Source of the DNA: Ylistrum balloti
Taxonomy: Eukaryota
Direction of reading: 5' to 3'
Assembly: GCF_031769215.1 (NCBI RefSeq)
Contig: NW_026782282.1
Location: 1,488,001 to 1,552,000, forward strand
Length of the DNA stretch: 64,000 nt
Shown here piece after piece: positions 38,711 through 51,027 of this stretch. Every line of letters begins with the position of its first letter. The stretch's first letter is position 1. A program made the translations under genes and the position numbers. The notes under the pieces were generated by a model that made no database searches, was not told where the DNA came from, and was given only the letters and a program-made list of their open reading frames with translations.

Positions 38711-40939
38711 TATTTTGACTGATTTTATTTTTTTCGTCGCTCGCCTTAGGTCTCAATGATTTAGGCCCTTCGTATCAATGACGAATTCTAGCTACACGAT
38801 AAGTTTTAAATCGTTATAGGTTTTTCTATGTCTAATTATAAATCTTAAAATGTAATAGTCTCTTGGGTGTCTTTCATACAATTCTTAGAATCTGGTTATA
38901 GCAGATTTATTTATTTATCACGAATATATCTTAATATTTATAATATACATAGTCGTTCTCAGAGATTAGATCACACAAAAACAAATTATACAAATTAATT
39001 GACAGTTTTGTTTTACAATATTCGTTGTTCTAATCCTATCATATAACATCAAATATTGCTCTGCCACCCGTGTGACGTCATATCGTAAATTTTCCCCGTT
39101 CTTGATTTTTTTTTTTTTTTTTTGACGTCACGTTGTTTTGCATTTGTATTTGTCATCTAGGTGGCTCAGTATACAAGAAAATAATTACCAAAATAGGAAA
39201 ACGCCATCATATCTAATCTTTCAAAGTGTGGCTCAAGTTTAAATTAAGTAAAATGTTACTCACGAATAAATAAGATCCACAGTATGCACATGTGTCAACC
39301 ATTGTCGGAAGTTTGGCAAAAAAAAAAAACAAACAAATTCTCTGCTTGCTTACGATTAAAATAACTAAACTTATTTTTTATTTATTATATTTGTCAATAC
39401 ACTAATATTACTAAAAAAATCATCCATAAATATGTCAATACGTTATAGTATGGTAAGTTGAACTATTTCATATTTGTAGACTTCAATCTTTTTTTTTAAT
39501 TTTGAAATAATGATGACCGATTTGCATTTCATGCTAAGAATAGGAACTGTTAGTGTAAATAAATGCAGGAACGTCTTAAAGTACATTCTAAATATGGATG
39601 ACGATAAAAGTTTAGGTAAACATAAATCGTGGTCAAGTACTTGGGAATTTATCAGACATCAGCTGGTTGTGAACAGCTGTGAGTTTTTACTTGCGACAGG
39701 TAACTCACCTGTAGTCTACTCCTGCTTTCTAAAGCCAAGCTTACCATAATGTTGATCTCACAAAACTATTAGGGAAAGATCCTGAATTGAACACCTTCAA
39801 ATAACCATTATTACGTTCTTTGGTAGGCCAAATATATCTCAAGCACTGTCTGATTTTAAACTATAATGCCTAAAACGATCATATCAAAGTGTTAGATTCT
39901 TATGTCAAGGAGATACACGAGGATAAGATGTTGAAAGATACAGCTTATTTCGACCTCGTAAATATATCTGTAGTTCCATCCAGCGAAAAGACCAATCTAA
40001 ATGTCAATACTCCCACGAAAAAGTCTCACATTTCGATTTGCGTTCGGAATCTTTTACAGTCCGAGATATTCAACATTTCTTCTTTTTGCAGCTATGTACA
40101 ACGTAGTCATAACAACTCCTCAGATTACTTAATATTAGGTGTAGCGATGAAAATTTTGCAATTTCATTTGGCATTTGAGTGAAGGGAACTCCAATGTTTT
40201 GTCAATCAGTCTCGTTTCATGCATTTCAACATTTTTTATTCTCAAAGCAAACTTGATTTTGGTTTGAGAGCCTGAAGTTCCGTTTTCCGTTAAAGGAACT
40301 AGGAACCAGGAACTTGGAATCAACTTCAGGCATGAAAAGGTAGGTTGATAACACGGAGAAGTTAATGTATTGTACAAAAGACACACTGCACCATCTGATA
40401 CAAATTTAGGTAAGATACAGTAGAACCAAACATTACTTTAAACTACATAATGTCATATAGTAGTCACATGGGCTTACTCTAATCAACAGATGACAAGGAC
40501 ATAGTCATTAAGATCCCTCACCCATGCTCATTTGTAAATTATACTCAACAAAAAAAGAAAGGTTAACATGTTTCCTTGGCGAATACCTGTAAATGAGTGA
40601 AAACAAAATGACGTTTGTGCAATATTAGAAAATGGTAATGTTTTACATTACAAAATCCATTTTAAGTGAGCATCTAATAGTCAGGTTTGTAAAGTTGCAA
40701 GAAAGTTACTTTCAGGAAAAGAAAGAATAGCTGGTGATGGTGCAACATCACTTTGAACATTTGACTCCAAAAAACATTTTGAAGATTCACTATCATAGGT
40801 TTATTAGAAGGTTTAACCAACTAGTAAGAAGACCTATTGTTATTGTTCTGTTTCTTATCATTATCATACTTCTTCCATGATTTTGTGGCATCTAAATTTC
40901 CGAATCGGTAAGAGATATTATTAATACTTCAGAAGATAT

Positions 40940-41800
40940 TCTGTGTAAAGCAATCAGTCATTCAGGTCACAGCTGTTGCATTAGATATTTGCGGAATTAG
41001 CTGATTATCAAACTTAAGAGAGTTATTAAGGTACTAAGTCTGCTAGGCAAGTCTCAAAACAAATTTGATAGGTTCTTTGAAAGAAGAGTGGAAAGCGATG
41101 CTTAAGATTGTTTCAAGAAACCAGCCAGTTAGGTAAGAGCATCATGATTAAATATGCATGGAATTCACGGTTGATCGAACTTGAGTGCAGAGATTAGGTA
41201 ATAAGTTTACCAAGCAAGTCTCATAAAAAATCATTTGTTCCAAGGAAAGATAACATGCGGAAAGCCTTCAGTAAGGGTACTGAAAGACATCAGCCAATCA
41301 GGTCACAGCAGCTTCATTAAAAATGTGCAAAATTCGCAATTAATCAAACTTGGTCAAGGGGCTAAGGTAATAACTCTACCAAGCAAGTCTCATCACAATT
41401 CATTTGTTCCTTCAAACGATAACATGCGGAAAGCCTTCAGTTAGAGTGCCGAAAGATATCAGTCATTCAGGTCAAAGAAGTTTCATGAAATATGCACAGA
41501 ATTTACCGATCATAGAACTTGAACAAGGAATTAATGTGATAAGTCTATAAAGCAAGTTTTCTAAAAAAAAATCGTATCCTTCCTTAATAAGACAATGCAC
41601 ACAAATATTTCTCACAGTGTAATTCAAGAAATCAGTCAATCAGGTAAGAGCAGCATCATTACAAAAGTGCAGAATTTGCAATCAATCGAACTTGGGCAAG
41701 GGGTTAAGGTAATAAGTGCACCTACTATGTTTCATCAAAATCTGACCTGTCCTTTAAAAGATATCATGTGGAAAGCAGCATCCGGGCGGACGGCATCATT
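40940..41800. repeat. Highly diverged ~169-bp tandem repeat, 5 units
   Basis: Anchor a(t/c)cag(t/c)ca..(c/t)aggt at 40953, 41120, 41289, 41458, 41631 (spacings 167, 169, 169, 173); shared internal words gaactt/aaactt and agcaagt. Confidence 0.8.
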
Positions 41801-42022
41801 TGAATATCCCCGTCAACTTTGTTGAGCGGAGGATGATAATGATCTTGATAATGGATCGTAGTTTATAAGGTAAGGGAATAAAAGATATACATTGATGCTA
41901 GTTTTCACTGCATTTTGTATTTCTACATATTGATATGTACATCTGTGACGGTGTATGTAACTCAACGCCTTTTGTGTTGTAACTGACAATAACTAATGAT
42001 ACTGTAATAATGTGTGTCAAAA

Positions 42023-42062
42023 CAGAGACGTATATATCACATATATGATATATACGTCTCTG
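42023..42062. other. Perfect 17-bp inverted repeat with 6-nt loop
   Basis: cagagacgtatatatca-catata-tgatatatacgtctctg. Confidence 0.92.
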
Positions 42063-43604
42063 GTCGAAACAATTTTTAAAATGTCAAAAAATCAAGATTG
42101 GACATATTGGTAAAAATTTCTATCTTTGAGAGAAGTAGATATAAAGTAGAGCACCATTTAACGTCTATGGGAAAATTGATGTTTTCTTCATTTCATTTCA
42201 ATTTTAGGCGATAATCTTTGATATGGTGAGTTATATAGTGTCACATATCTGTTGATTACCGTCTGTTGTGCAGCATGGCTGTTGTCCAGGAAGTCTTATT
42301 CACAGGATAAGAGGTTTATCTCTCTGTATCAGACTCGCCAGAGGAAATAAAACTATACAAGTACTTTTATTCTGACAGAATATTAGCAATCAATGTTACA
42401 GACTGAAGGCCAGACGATAATAAATCGCCCATATCAGGAGATTATTTATCGGCAATCTCATACGTTCTCGTTTATGAATGATAGGCTGGCGAGAGATAGC
42501 GAGACATCCACACATATCATGACCTATATATTAGGTATATGTGTAGATGTGAAATATAAGTAAGATGTCTTGTCAGATTATGTCGGACACGGATGTTTAT
42601 TTTTAGTGTACATAAAGATATGGAAACAGGGGTATGTGTTTAACTTTGAATGGTCATTGATGGGTTTAATCTTCAGTGTAGAGAGGTATTTACCTGTAAG
42701 TGTGTTATCAGTGTCACACGACGGCGGGCCATAACATAATACAGTATAAAGGTTCAAATGCTTAAACAAAACGAAAATGTATATAGATAAGACAGTGCAA
42801 ACACACTGTAATTGGGATGTTATTAGTTTCTATTGCTTTGTTTATGTAGGATATATATTTTGACTTACTGTATAAAATTCGATAATAGGGGGAGCTCCAC
42901 CAAAAAGGAAAACAGAGATAGTATATAGATTGTTTTTTGATTGTGGAAATTTTCGCAGTTTTTTCCGAATCGTGCATTTTCCGCAAAAAAAATTTGCGAC
43001 TGATTATGGTTTCTGATAATTTGATCTTATTTCTAAGGAATGTATTTTCCCTATTTAATTCCTTTCCCTTTTAAATACCTCATCAGTATCAGTAGTAGAA
43101 AATTCAGAATATTACTCCCGTTTTCTTTTTTTTTTAATCATTGATATATTTCATTTGAATGCTGATTTTTTTAACATCATCTTCGTCACAAAAATAATAA
43201 CAATATATGTTTCCATATACAACGACCTATCAAGAACGACAACGTTTCAAAAGATGAATGAATCATATTAATTGGAATATAGATTATGAATATAATGTTG
43301 CGTGGATGAGAGGATAATTCGTCAGTATCTATTTTCTTTAAAATCAATATTTATGTAGGAATATTATTATCGATTCAGAACCCTTACAAAATGATATAGA
43401 AAGTTATGTCAAGTTCAGTTATCAATATCAAAACTTTAACAAATTTTCTTTGCAAAAGATTTGTTTCTAGCATGAATAATGAGTTCAAGAAAGACTAGAC
43501 AACAGTATAACTCATTACTTACGCCCTTTGTGCCATTCGTTGATAAACGACAGGTCGTTCAAAGCATGTTGTGTTATTGTCTTTTCCTCAAACTTTTACC
43601 TACA

Positions 43605-44330
43605 CAATATCCTTACATCAAAGGCCTGTCAGAAACTATTCAAAGGATTTGCCGTGGCCATGCCATTGCAACAGATAAAAAAAACCTAACAAGACTCTCC
43701 GGAATATCCTAGTCCATTCTAAGGACAAAACATCCAAAAAGAACGTCGTAGAATGCGTATACAAAATCGGACTCAAGAACTCCCATCCAATATCGGAGAA
43801 ACATGGAGGAGATTAGGGGTCCGACTTAATGAACATCAGAAATCCCAGGAAGGCAAAAAGTTCACTAGATCACAGCGAAAACATTCACAGTCCAAGGTCA
43901 ATAAATCGGCACTCACAGGTCATTCCACACAGCAAAATCATATCATTGATTGAGAAAATACAACGGGAAACAACCTTTTAATGCAGCTGTTAAAAGAAGC
44001 CATCTGGATACGCCGCAGATGACCAGTACTAAACAGGGACGAGGGGGCCATAAACTCTCGCACATCTATGACTTAGTGTTACACAAAGTATCTTGTTGTC
44101 ATCTTGTGTATTTTTTTCTTTATTGTTTTGTCTAAAATCTTTTCTACAGCTCCTTACACTTTTTTCGACATTAGTATGCATACGATCTCGGTGTACATGC
44201 GATTATAGTACAGCCGAAAAGTTGGTCGATTCCATCTCGTATACTACGTGCGTCAGTGCTAGTACGCTCCTCACTAGTCATTTGTTTGATGAAGGTGACA
44301 GTGTAGTCTAGTCATAGAAAAGTAACACTT
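43605..44330 (+). mobile_element. Decayed 3' part of a Penelope-like retroelement (GIY-YIG endonuclease region and 3' end)
   Basis: Across frameshifts: PYIKGLSETIQRI..KPNKTLRNILVHSKDK..VECVYKI..NIGETWRRLGVRLNEH..KSALTGH..HIID* ..KEAIWIR..GGHKLSHIYDLVL, matching PLE GIY-YIG motifs (PYVKG, VY.I.C, YIGET.R, EH, SA, KEA). Ends near tgatgaaggtgacagt. Confidence 0.85.
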
Positions 44331-45500
44331 TGTGTTATAAGAACTTGTATTCTAACGATATCGTTTTACCCCTGCTTAATGATAACACTATTCATGAAGA
44401 CAAACACGGGAAACAGGCATAGATATTACGAAATATCAATATTGTCAAATCTTGATACTGAATAAGGAAGAAGGAGGGTAGATAGAGAGACGATTTAACA
44501 GGATACAACTTGGAAAACATCAGTGCTCCTGAATGATGATTGCCCCCCACCCCCTTGTCAACAACAGAGAAATACGAGAAATATTTTCTTGAGAATACTT
44601 TCATTGCAAATTCTGTATTTCACTTACCTGTGAATGGTGAACTCCTAATAAAACATTTTAAAACACAAACACGATGGGTTGTCCAACAGCAGCAGGAAAA
44701 TCAACATGAATACAGTGTCCAGTTTTATCCACAACCAAGTCAAGTGGGGTCGTTGGTCAACAGATAACGCGTGACATGCTTTAACACATCATGACAATGT
44801 CATTGTGTAGGTTTCCTCATCAACACAAACAAGAGTCTATGCATCAGAAGCTTGACAACTCGGAGCGACGTTTACCGACGGTTATATAGGGTGATTACAG
44901 GTATGAAGGATATGAAACTAAATATAGAAATTTATCGAATATCACATAAGTATTGACTTACTGGATTAAACGACCTCTCATGTAAAATATATACAAGGAA
45001 GTCAACAATTCATTTACACTGAGGGTAAAATAGTATAGAACAGAGACTAGCACGAACAAATTATCAAGATCTCAAACAAAAGTCCAGGGATACTTCATTT
45101 ATTTCATTGTAGATACACAAACGAGTAGTAATTCGATACTTAAAGCATGACATGAAAAAGTACATCTGATAGGTGAACACACCAGTATTATCGTTACACT
45201 TATATCTGTATGGAGAATGATATAAAGTTTGAATTTGTATTTAACATGCCATTTCCCTATTTAAGCACTGCGTAAAGATCGAGCACAGATTTCTCTTTGT
45301 TATAAAGTGCATGTAGTGTTTTCTTGTTAGTCTAGTTATATTTTCCAACGTTGAAAAACAAAATTTGATTAAAGTGCAACTTGAAAATTTCAAAAGGGTT
45401 GTATAAAGTGCATCGTTAGTCAATATCTCCGCTTAATTTCAATAATTTTTTTCATCAATCCTCATACGCCTGTATTACTTGACCACCTACTCTTCATTCC

Positions 45501-47217
45501 CTAGGTCCTGAAATTCCGTTCTCCATTGAGTCGTACTGCCCAAGTAAGTTCATATGTTTTTGCGGCGTCCGCGTAAGAGCTTTTTATCAGTGACTGATCA
45601 TTCTTTCTGACGGCCTGCAAAAACGTCTCCAGCTCCGTACTGTAGGAGTCACTCCCTTCAAATGTAAAATCTTTGTCCACGTCACGTTTCCCGTTCTCCA
45701 TTGAACGCATGCGTAGAATACAACTTTCCTGATATGGTTCTATTAGGGACAATTTCAATCCATCCAGCTGAACGTCAATATTTGCCTCGTATCTTGTACC
45801 AGGCAACGCAATCGAATGCATCATAGTTCCAACCCCTGCATTTTCAAATCTCCAGTGACTGATGGTGACCCGTGGGATTCTTTTGCGTGGTGGAATATCT
45901 TCCTCTGCACCCAGCGGAACATGTCCGATGTGGCCCGCGCCACTGCGGTCGTCTTCTTCAAGCATGAGTGTGTGTATGGATGATAAATCAACGTCTCCCA
46001 CAATGTACCTGGCCAGATCAAAGAAATGAGTGGCTTGCTCAATCACCGGACCACCACTCAGGTCAGCGTTATACCAATATTTATTGGTCATTTCAGTGTA
46101 TGCGTAGTAATATCGTGCATTAAATGCCATGACCTTTCCTCCGTGTTCTTTCATCAGTTCTTTCATTTTCCTAACTGCTGCATGATATCTGTAAAGTGAA
46201 GGTACGCATTATTTTGTTGAGATAGACAGCTTTTCTCATGAATATTGATTGTGCTTACCGGTTTAAACAATATAAAAAAAAACAACAATAAAATATCAAC
46301 ATGTCAAGATAACAATAATCCTAACTCAAATTCAATAAAACAATGACATAGGAAATATTTACACGGAAACTCCTCAAAAAAGTACAAGAAGAATAAGACC
46401 TAGTGTTCGGGAAGAGTGAGCGTTTACTGCTTCATCGACGACACTCGTCATAAAAACCTTGGTCAATCCAAGTAATTAATGTCACGTTCTCAAATGAGGA
46501 CAAGGTATACAACAACGAAACCAACAGAAAACGAGCGTCAGACACATTCAGCTTCATATCGCAAATATGTTTTTTCTTTTCAAAGGCTCAGTGCGGAAAA
46601 GTTTTAATTTACTTTTTGGGACCATAAGTCTGACCATCAATTATCAGGAAGCAGTAGGGGATTTTGTAATTTTTAATATAGATATAAGTTATATTTCTTT
46701 TATATCTCAGTGATGCCTTAAATACTTTAGTTTATTACAAGTGAGAAATTAAATACCTGAACATATATCCTACAGAGAGAACCACATTGGATTCCTCTAC
46801 TGCTTTCTGCATAGCTGCAGCATACAGCCGGAAGTCGTCAAGCGGCAGAACTGACATGGGCTTCTCTACAAATACGTGGATGCCTGCCCGTACACACTGC
46901 AGTTCAAGATCCTTATTATACTGAAGGCTACCCCGAGCTACGGGTGGCACACCTATAAAAACAGCGTCTGGACGTTGTGCAATTAATTCGGCGAGGTCAG
47001 CCATTATTCGACATTCCGTGTAGAAGCTGCCATTTTGTGACGCCAACCGTGTCTGTAATACCTGCTTCGCTTTCACTGTGTCGGGGTCCACAATGCCTAT
47101 AACTTTGAAACCACCAAGACGTTCAAGACGTGACGCATGGTCCCAGGAAACGTTCCATCGACCGAAATTAATACATCCAGCTCCTAAAAAGCCGATTCTT
47201 AAGATGATGTCCGACAT
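45501..47217 (-). CDS. Gfo/Idh/MocA-family NAD(P)-dependent oxidoreductase, copy A (382 aa); join(46757..47217, 45501..46188)
   Basis: Rossmann GFLGAG, VDPD, VFVEKP, VGYMFR|YH, GGPVIEQATHFFD, SYADAAKTY. Donor TTCAG|GTATTT at 46757/46756, acceptor tttacAG|A at 46189/46188 (phase 2). 1149 nt, stop TAG 45501-45503. Confidence 0.9.
46310..46530 (-). repeat. Dispersed retroelement 3'-end repeat inside the intron of oxidoreductase copy A
   Basis: aactcaaattcaataaaac...gtgttcgggaagagtgagcgtttactgcttcatcgacg...aaaccttggtcaatccaagtaattaatgtcacgttctcaaatgag. Confidence 0.8.
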
Positions 47218-48567
47218 ACCTGCAGTGGATAGATATTGTATCTTTCTTTAATATTTGTACATACACAGACAGGAACTTCAAGAAATATTTATTGAATTTA
47301 AAACGCAACTACTACAGATATCACGATTTATCATTTCCTTTTAATCCGTGAACTGATAAAATGATCGGATATCCTTCCCGTCCCTGCAACAAAAACTTCT
47401 TACGAAGACTGTCTTAATATAGTGTCATAATACTGACAGACTATAACCTGGACACAGCAGCATGGTGCCCTATCCTGTTCTATTGTAATGTCGTCGGACC
47501 ATCGCTACGCTTGTCCAAACAGCAGAAAGTTTTATAAACTGTATTGACTTTTATCGGTCAGGAGATTCGTGACGGACAATCAACTCATAGATTACAAGAG
47601 AGCTGTGCCAAGGTTGACATTAGAAAAAGGAACAGTTGTTAAGGGGAGGGAGAGGGGGGAGAGAGAGAGAGAGAGAGAGACAAGATCGATGTCTTACACC
47701 CTACCTACAGGACATTTTGATTAGATACACTACTGAAAAATGTTACATCTAGCAAGGTAAAACAACAAATAGTGATCACAATATTCAGGACAAAATAGGA
47801 AAAAAATGGTTGATTTGAAAAAATTTATCTGATTTTAGTATTTTGAAAAAATAGTATCAATAATGAAGCATGCTGCCATTCGGATGCCAACATAATATAA
47901 GCATACCATTGTTAGTCATTCTATTTGACTCTGGAACAGTTTTCACAATACCTTACCCTATTGCTTATTCATATATACTAAAAGCATAAAAATAAATGCA
48001 AGAATATTTCCTGACTGGAATTGTTTTTGGCATTTCTACAAAAGAATGTATTAACAGCGAGCTTATGGTCGCGCGTCGACAACCATTCAGGAAATAAGTT
48101 GATTTCTATAATGTTAAAACTAAGTCATACCTTATAAGGTTTAGATATGGCAATGCAATTTCCAACAACGATTAATCCTTTCTATAGTAAATATCATATG
48201 CAATGCAATTAAGAATCTGATATTAAATGGTCTTATTCCTTGTTTGTATATAGTACCTGAGCCAAGGGTTTCCCTGTGTGGAGGATTGGCCAGCTCCTTG
48301 ATACCAGAATATTGTTCACGCTAGACTCTTTACACCAGATAAAGCAAGTACACATATATCCTTATCGTAAATGCTGACAGATATCTATGAATTATAAATT
48401 GTCACTAGGAAGTAGACTATGACCAATTCTTAAATTTGCATCAAACAACACTTTAACGAAGATTGTTTCTTTTATGTGTACACATTATATTACTATATCA
48501 TGGTGAACTTACAAACAATTTTAGTAGATATAATAAATTATTAACGTATTAGAATTCTAATTCAGGA

Positions 48568-48681
48568 CACTTCATCTTGCCTTCGCTCTGACGCCGTATT
48601 TCAATTTGTACGTTCAGCTGGCGGCTTCATACGAACTGTCGATAAGGGATCGTTTCCTCTGACGAACAGCTTTAATAAATA
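48568..48681 (-). pseudogene. Orphan remnant of the 3' end of oxidoreductase exon 2 (fifth, deleted copy; copy-C-like terminus)
   Basis: Minus strand reads FIKAVRQRKRSLIDSSYEAAS*TYKL..IRRQSEGKMK with an internal stop and a deletion; the KMK end matches copy C (GEAKMK*). Confidence 0.8.
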
Positions 48682-48884
48682 TGATTACGTCGACTTCGAG
48701 TTAAAGAAGTTCTTTTATTTTAATTTAGGTATGGTTGACAATCAAGGGATGCAATCCCAAAACATGTAATAATTAAAACTGAATATTGTATTAATGTAAG
48801 TAAGATATACGCAGGCTTTGGTTCTGAAGGATTCTACATGTATAAGTTGATTGTGATAGAGAATAAAAAGCTATTTTCCAAGCT

Positions 48885-51027
48885 TTATATCTTGACTTCG
48901 CCTTGTCGCCGTATCGCCCAGGTCAATTCGTACGTTTTCATGGCGTCTTCATACGAACTCTTGATTAGGGATTGATTCCTCTGACGAACAGCTTTGATAA
49001 ATGTGTCCAATTCGTTCAGATACGTGTCGTCGTTTTCGAAAACGAAATCTTGGTCTTGGTTGGGATTTCCACCCTTTAAGTTTCGGACTCGGAGTACACT
49101 GGTACTCTCATAAGGATCAATGAGAGAGAGCTGGAGACCGTCCAACTGAACGTCAATGGTTGCTTGGTAACGACTTCCTGGTAACGTAACAGAGTGCATC
49201 AAAGTGCCAAGGCCACCGTCCTGGAATCTCCAGTGACTGAGTGTGACTCTAGGGATCCTCTTGTTGGACGGAATGTCGTCTTCTGCCTGGCTAACTAGGT
49301 TGTTCAGCTTACCGGCTCCACCCTTATCAGAATCGTTTAGCATAATAGTGTGCAGTGACGTCATATCTATATCCCCGACTATGTACCGGGCCAGGTCACA
49401 GAAGTGGGTGGCCTGTTCTACGATTGGTCCCCCGAAGAAGTCAGTGTTGAACCATTGTTTGTTTGTTTCCTGTGTGTAAGCAAAGTAATAGCGCGCATTG
49501 AAAGCCATAACCTTCCCACCATGGTTTTGAATTAACTCCTTCATCTTCAGAACGGCAGCATGGTACCTGGGGAAATGCAATGTTATATTATTGTTTTAAA
49601 GACAATTTGCTAAGGTTGACTGAAAACAAACACAAAACAAAACAAAAAACACACAGAAAAAAAAAAACAAAAACAAAAACAAAAAACACCCTCCTAGAAA
49701 AGTATCATATCAAATTTATCATAATTTTGGTTAGATATGGTGTTATGATAGTGTTTTTCGGTGATTTAAAAACCTGGTACAATGAAGGTTTTATTTTACA
49801 ATATTTTCTCATTTGAAAAGCTATTTTAAATGACAGCTTCAAAAGGATTGGATGAGTTTAAAATTGTATTCTGTAAAGTGACTTTACTTATGATGGGTCG
49901 TGACGAAAACGATGGTTTTCAAAGTGTGCTTTTGTACATTATTTCCACCAGACAATATTTGTGTGACGATCAGGCGTCATGTTGCATTAAGAATTACAGT
50001 CACAATTGCAGGGAAAGGGTTCACAAATTGTTTTCGTTTAATCTTTATTATCTAAAAACTATTAAATACGTATTTCCTTGGGGAAGAAATATTGCGGGAA
50101 GAAATTTGTGGAATCTGTAGGTTTATCACGTAGCTATGTACCTGTGCAACATAACTCTTCGTTTGCAAGGGGCAAAGACGACACACAGCTCATTCGCTTT
50201 TTTTATTTTTGTTTCTATGGAAGCTGAGAAACGAACTGTTCAATACTAATGGCATGCGTGTTCCCTTTCGAACCATACTTTAGTCGTATTACACTGGATG
50301 ATATCAATGGGCCTCCCATATTTTTTCACTGCTACTACGAGAAGACCTCGCCTCTACATAACCCTGTCTGTTCACGGGCGACAATGCCAACAAGCAAAAT
50401 CTATTCTGTATGCACCTAAACTAGTATCGTAACATATATGGTAAAAACTGCTCTAAGCTGAAGTACTTTCACCACCCAAAGTCGATTTTGGAACTTTCGA
50501 ATAAGATTCATAACAATTCTAATATTTCATTGATGCAAAATAATCCCGTCTTATAGACCTTACCTGAACATATAACCAACTGACAGCACAACGTTGTTGA
50601 TCCGACATGTTTCTGAAACTGAATATGCGTAAGCAAAGAATTCTTCTGGTGGCACGATTGAAAGCGGCTTTTCAACAAAAACATGTATTCCAGCCTGAAC
50701 AAACTCCAGTTCTACGTTCTTTCCTTCTATAGGAGACCCTCTATGTGCTGGAGGAATCCCGATGAAGGCCACATCCGGTTTCATTCCCAGTAACTCCTTG
50801 TAGTCGGTTAGTAGTCGGCAGTTTGCATACATGTGTTCGTGGTCAAGAGAGGCGAGTCGTTCATTTAGAACCTTTTCACTCCGACAGGTGTCAGGGTCAA
50901 CGATTCCTATCACCTCTAGTCCACCAATCTTCTCTAGGCGTGACGCATGATCCCATGGTACTTCCGGTCTACCAAAGTGAATCGCTCCAGCCCCAATGAA
51001 TCCAATCTTCAGAGTTTTTTCATTCAT
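48885..51027 (-). CDS. Gfo/Idh/MocA-family oxidoreductase, copy B (381 aa); join(50564..51027, 48885..49566)
   Basis: GFIGAGAIHFGRPEVPWDHASRLE, EKP, GGPIVEQATHFCD. Donor AG|GTAAGG at 50564/50563, acceptor ttccccAG|G at 49567/49566. 1146 nt, stop TAA. Confidence 0.92.
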
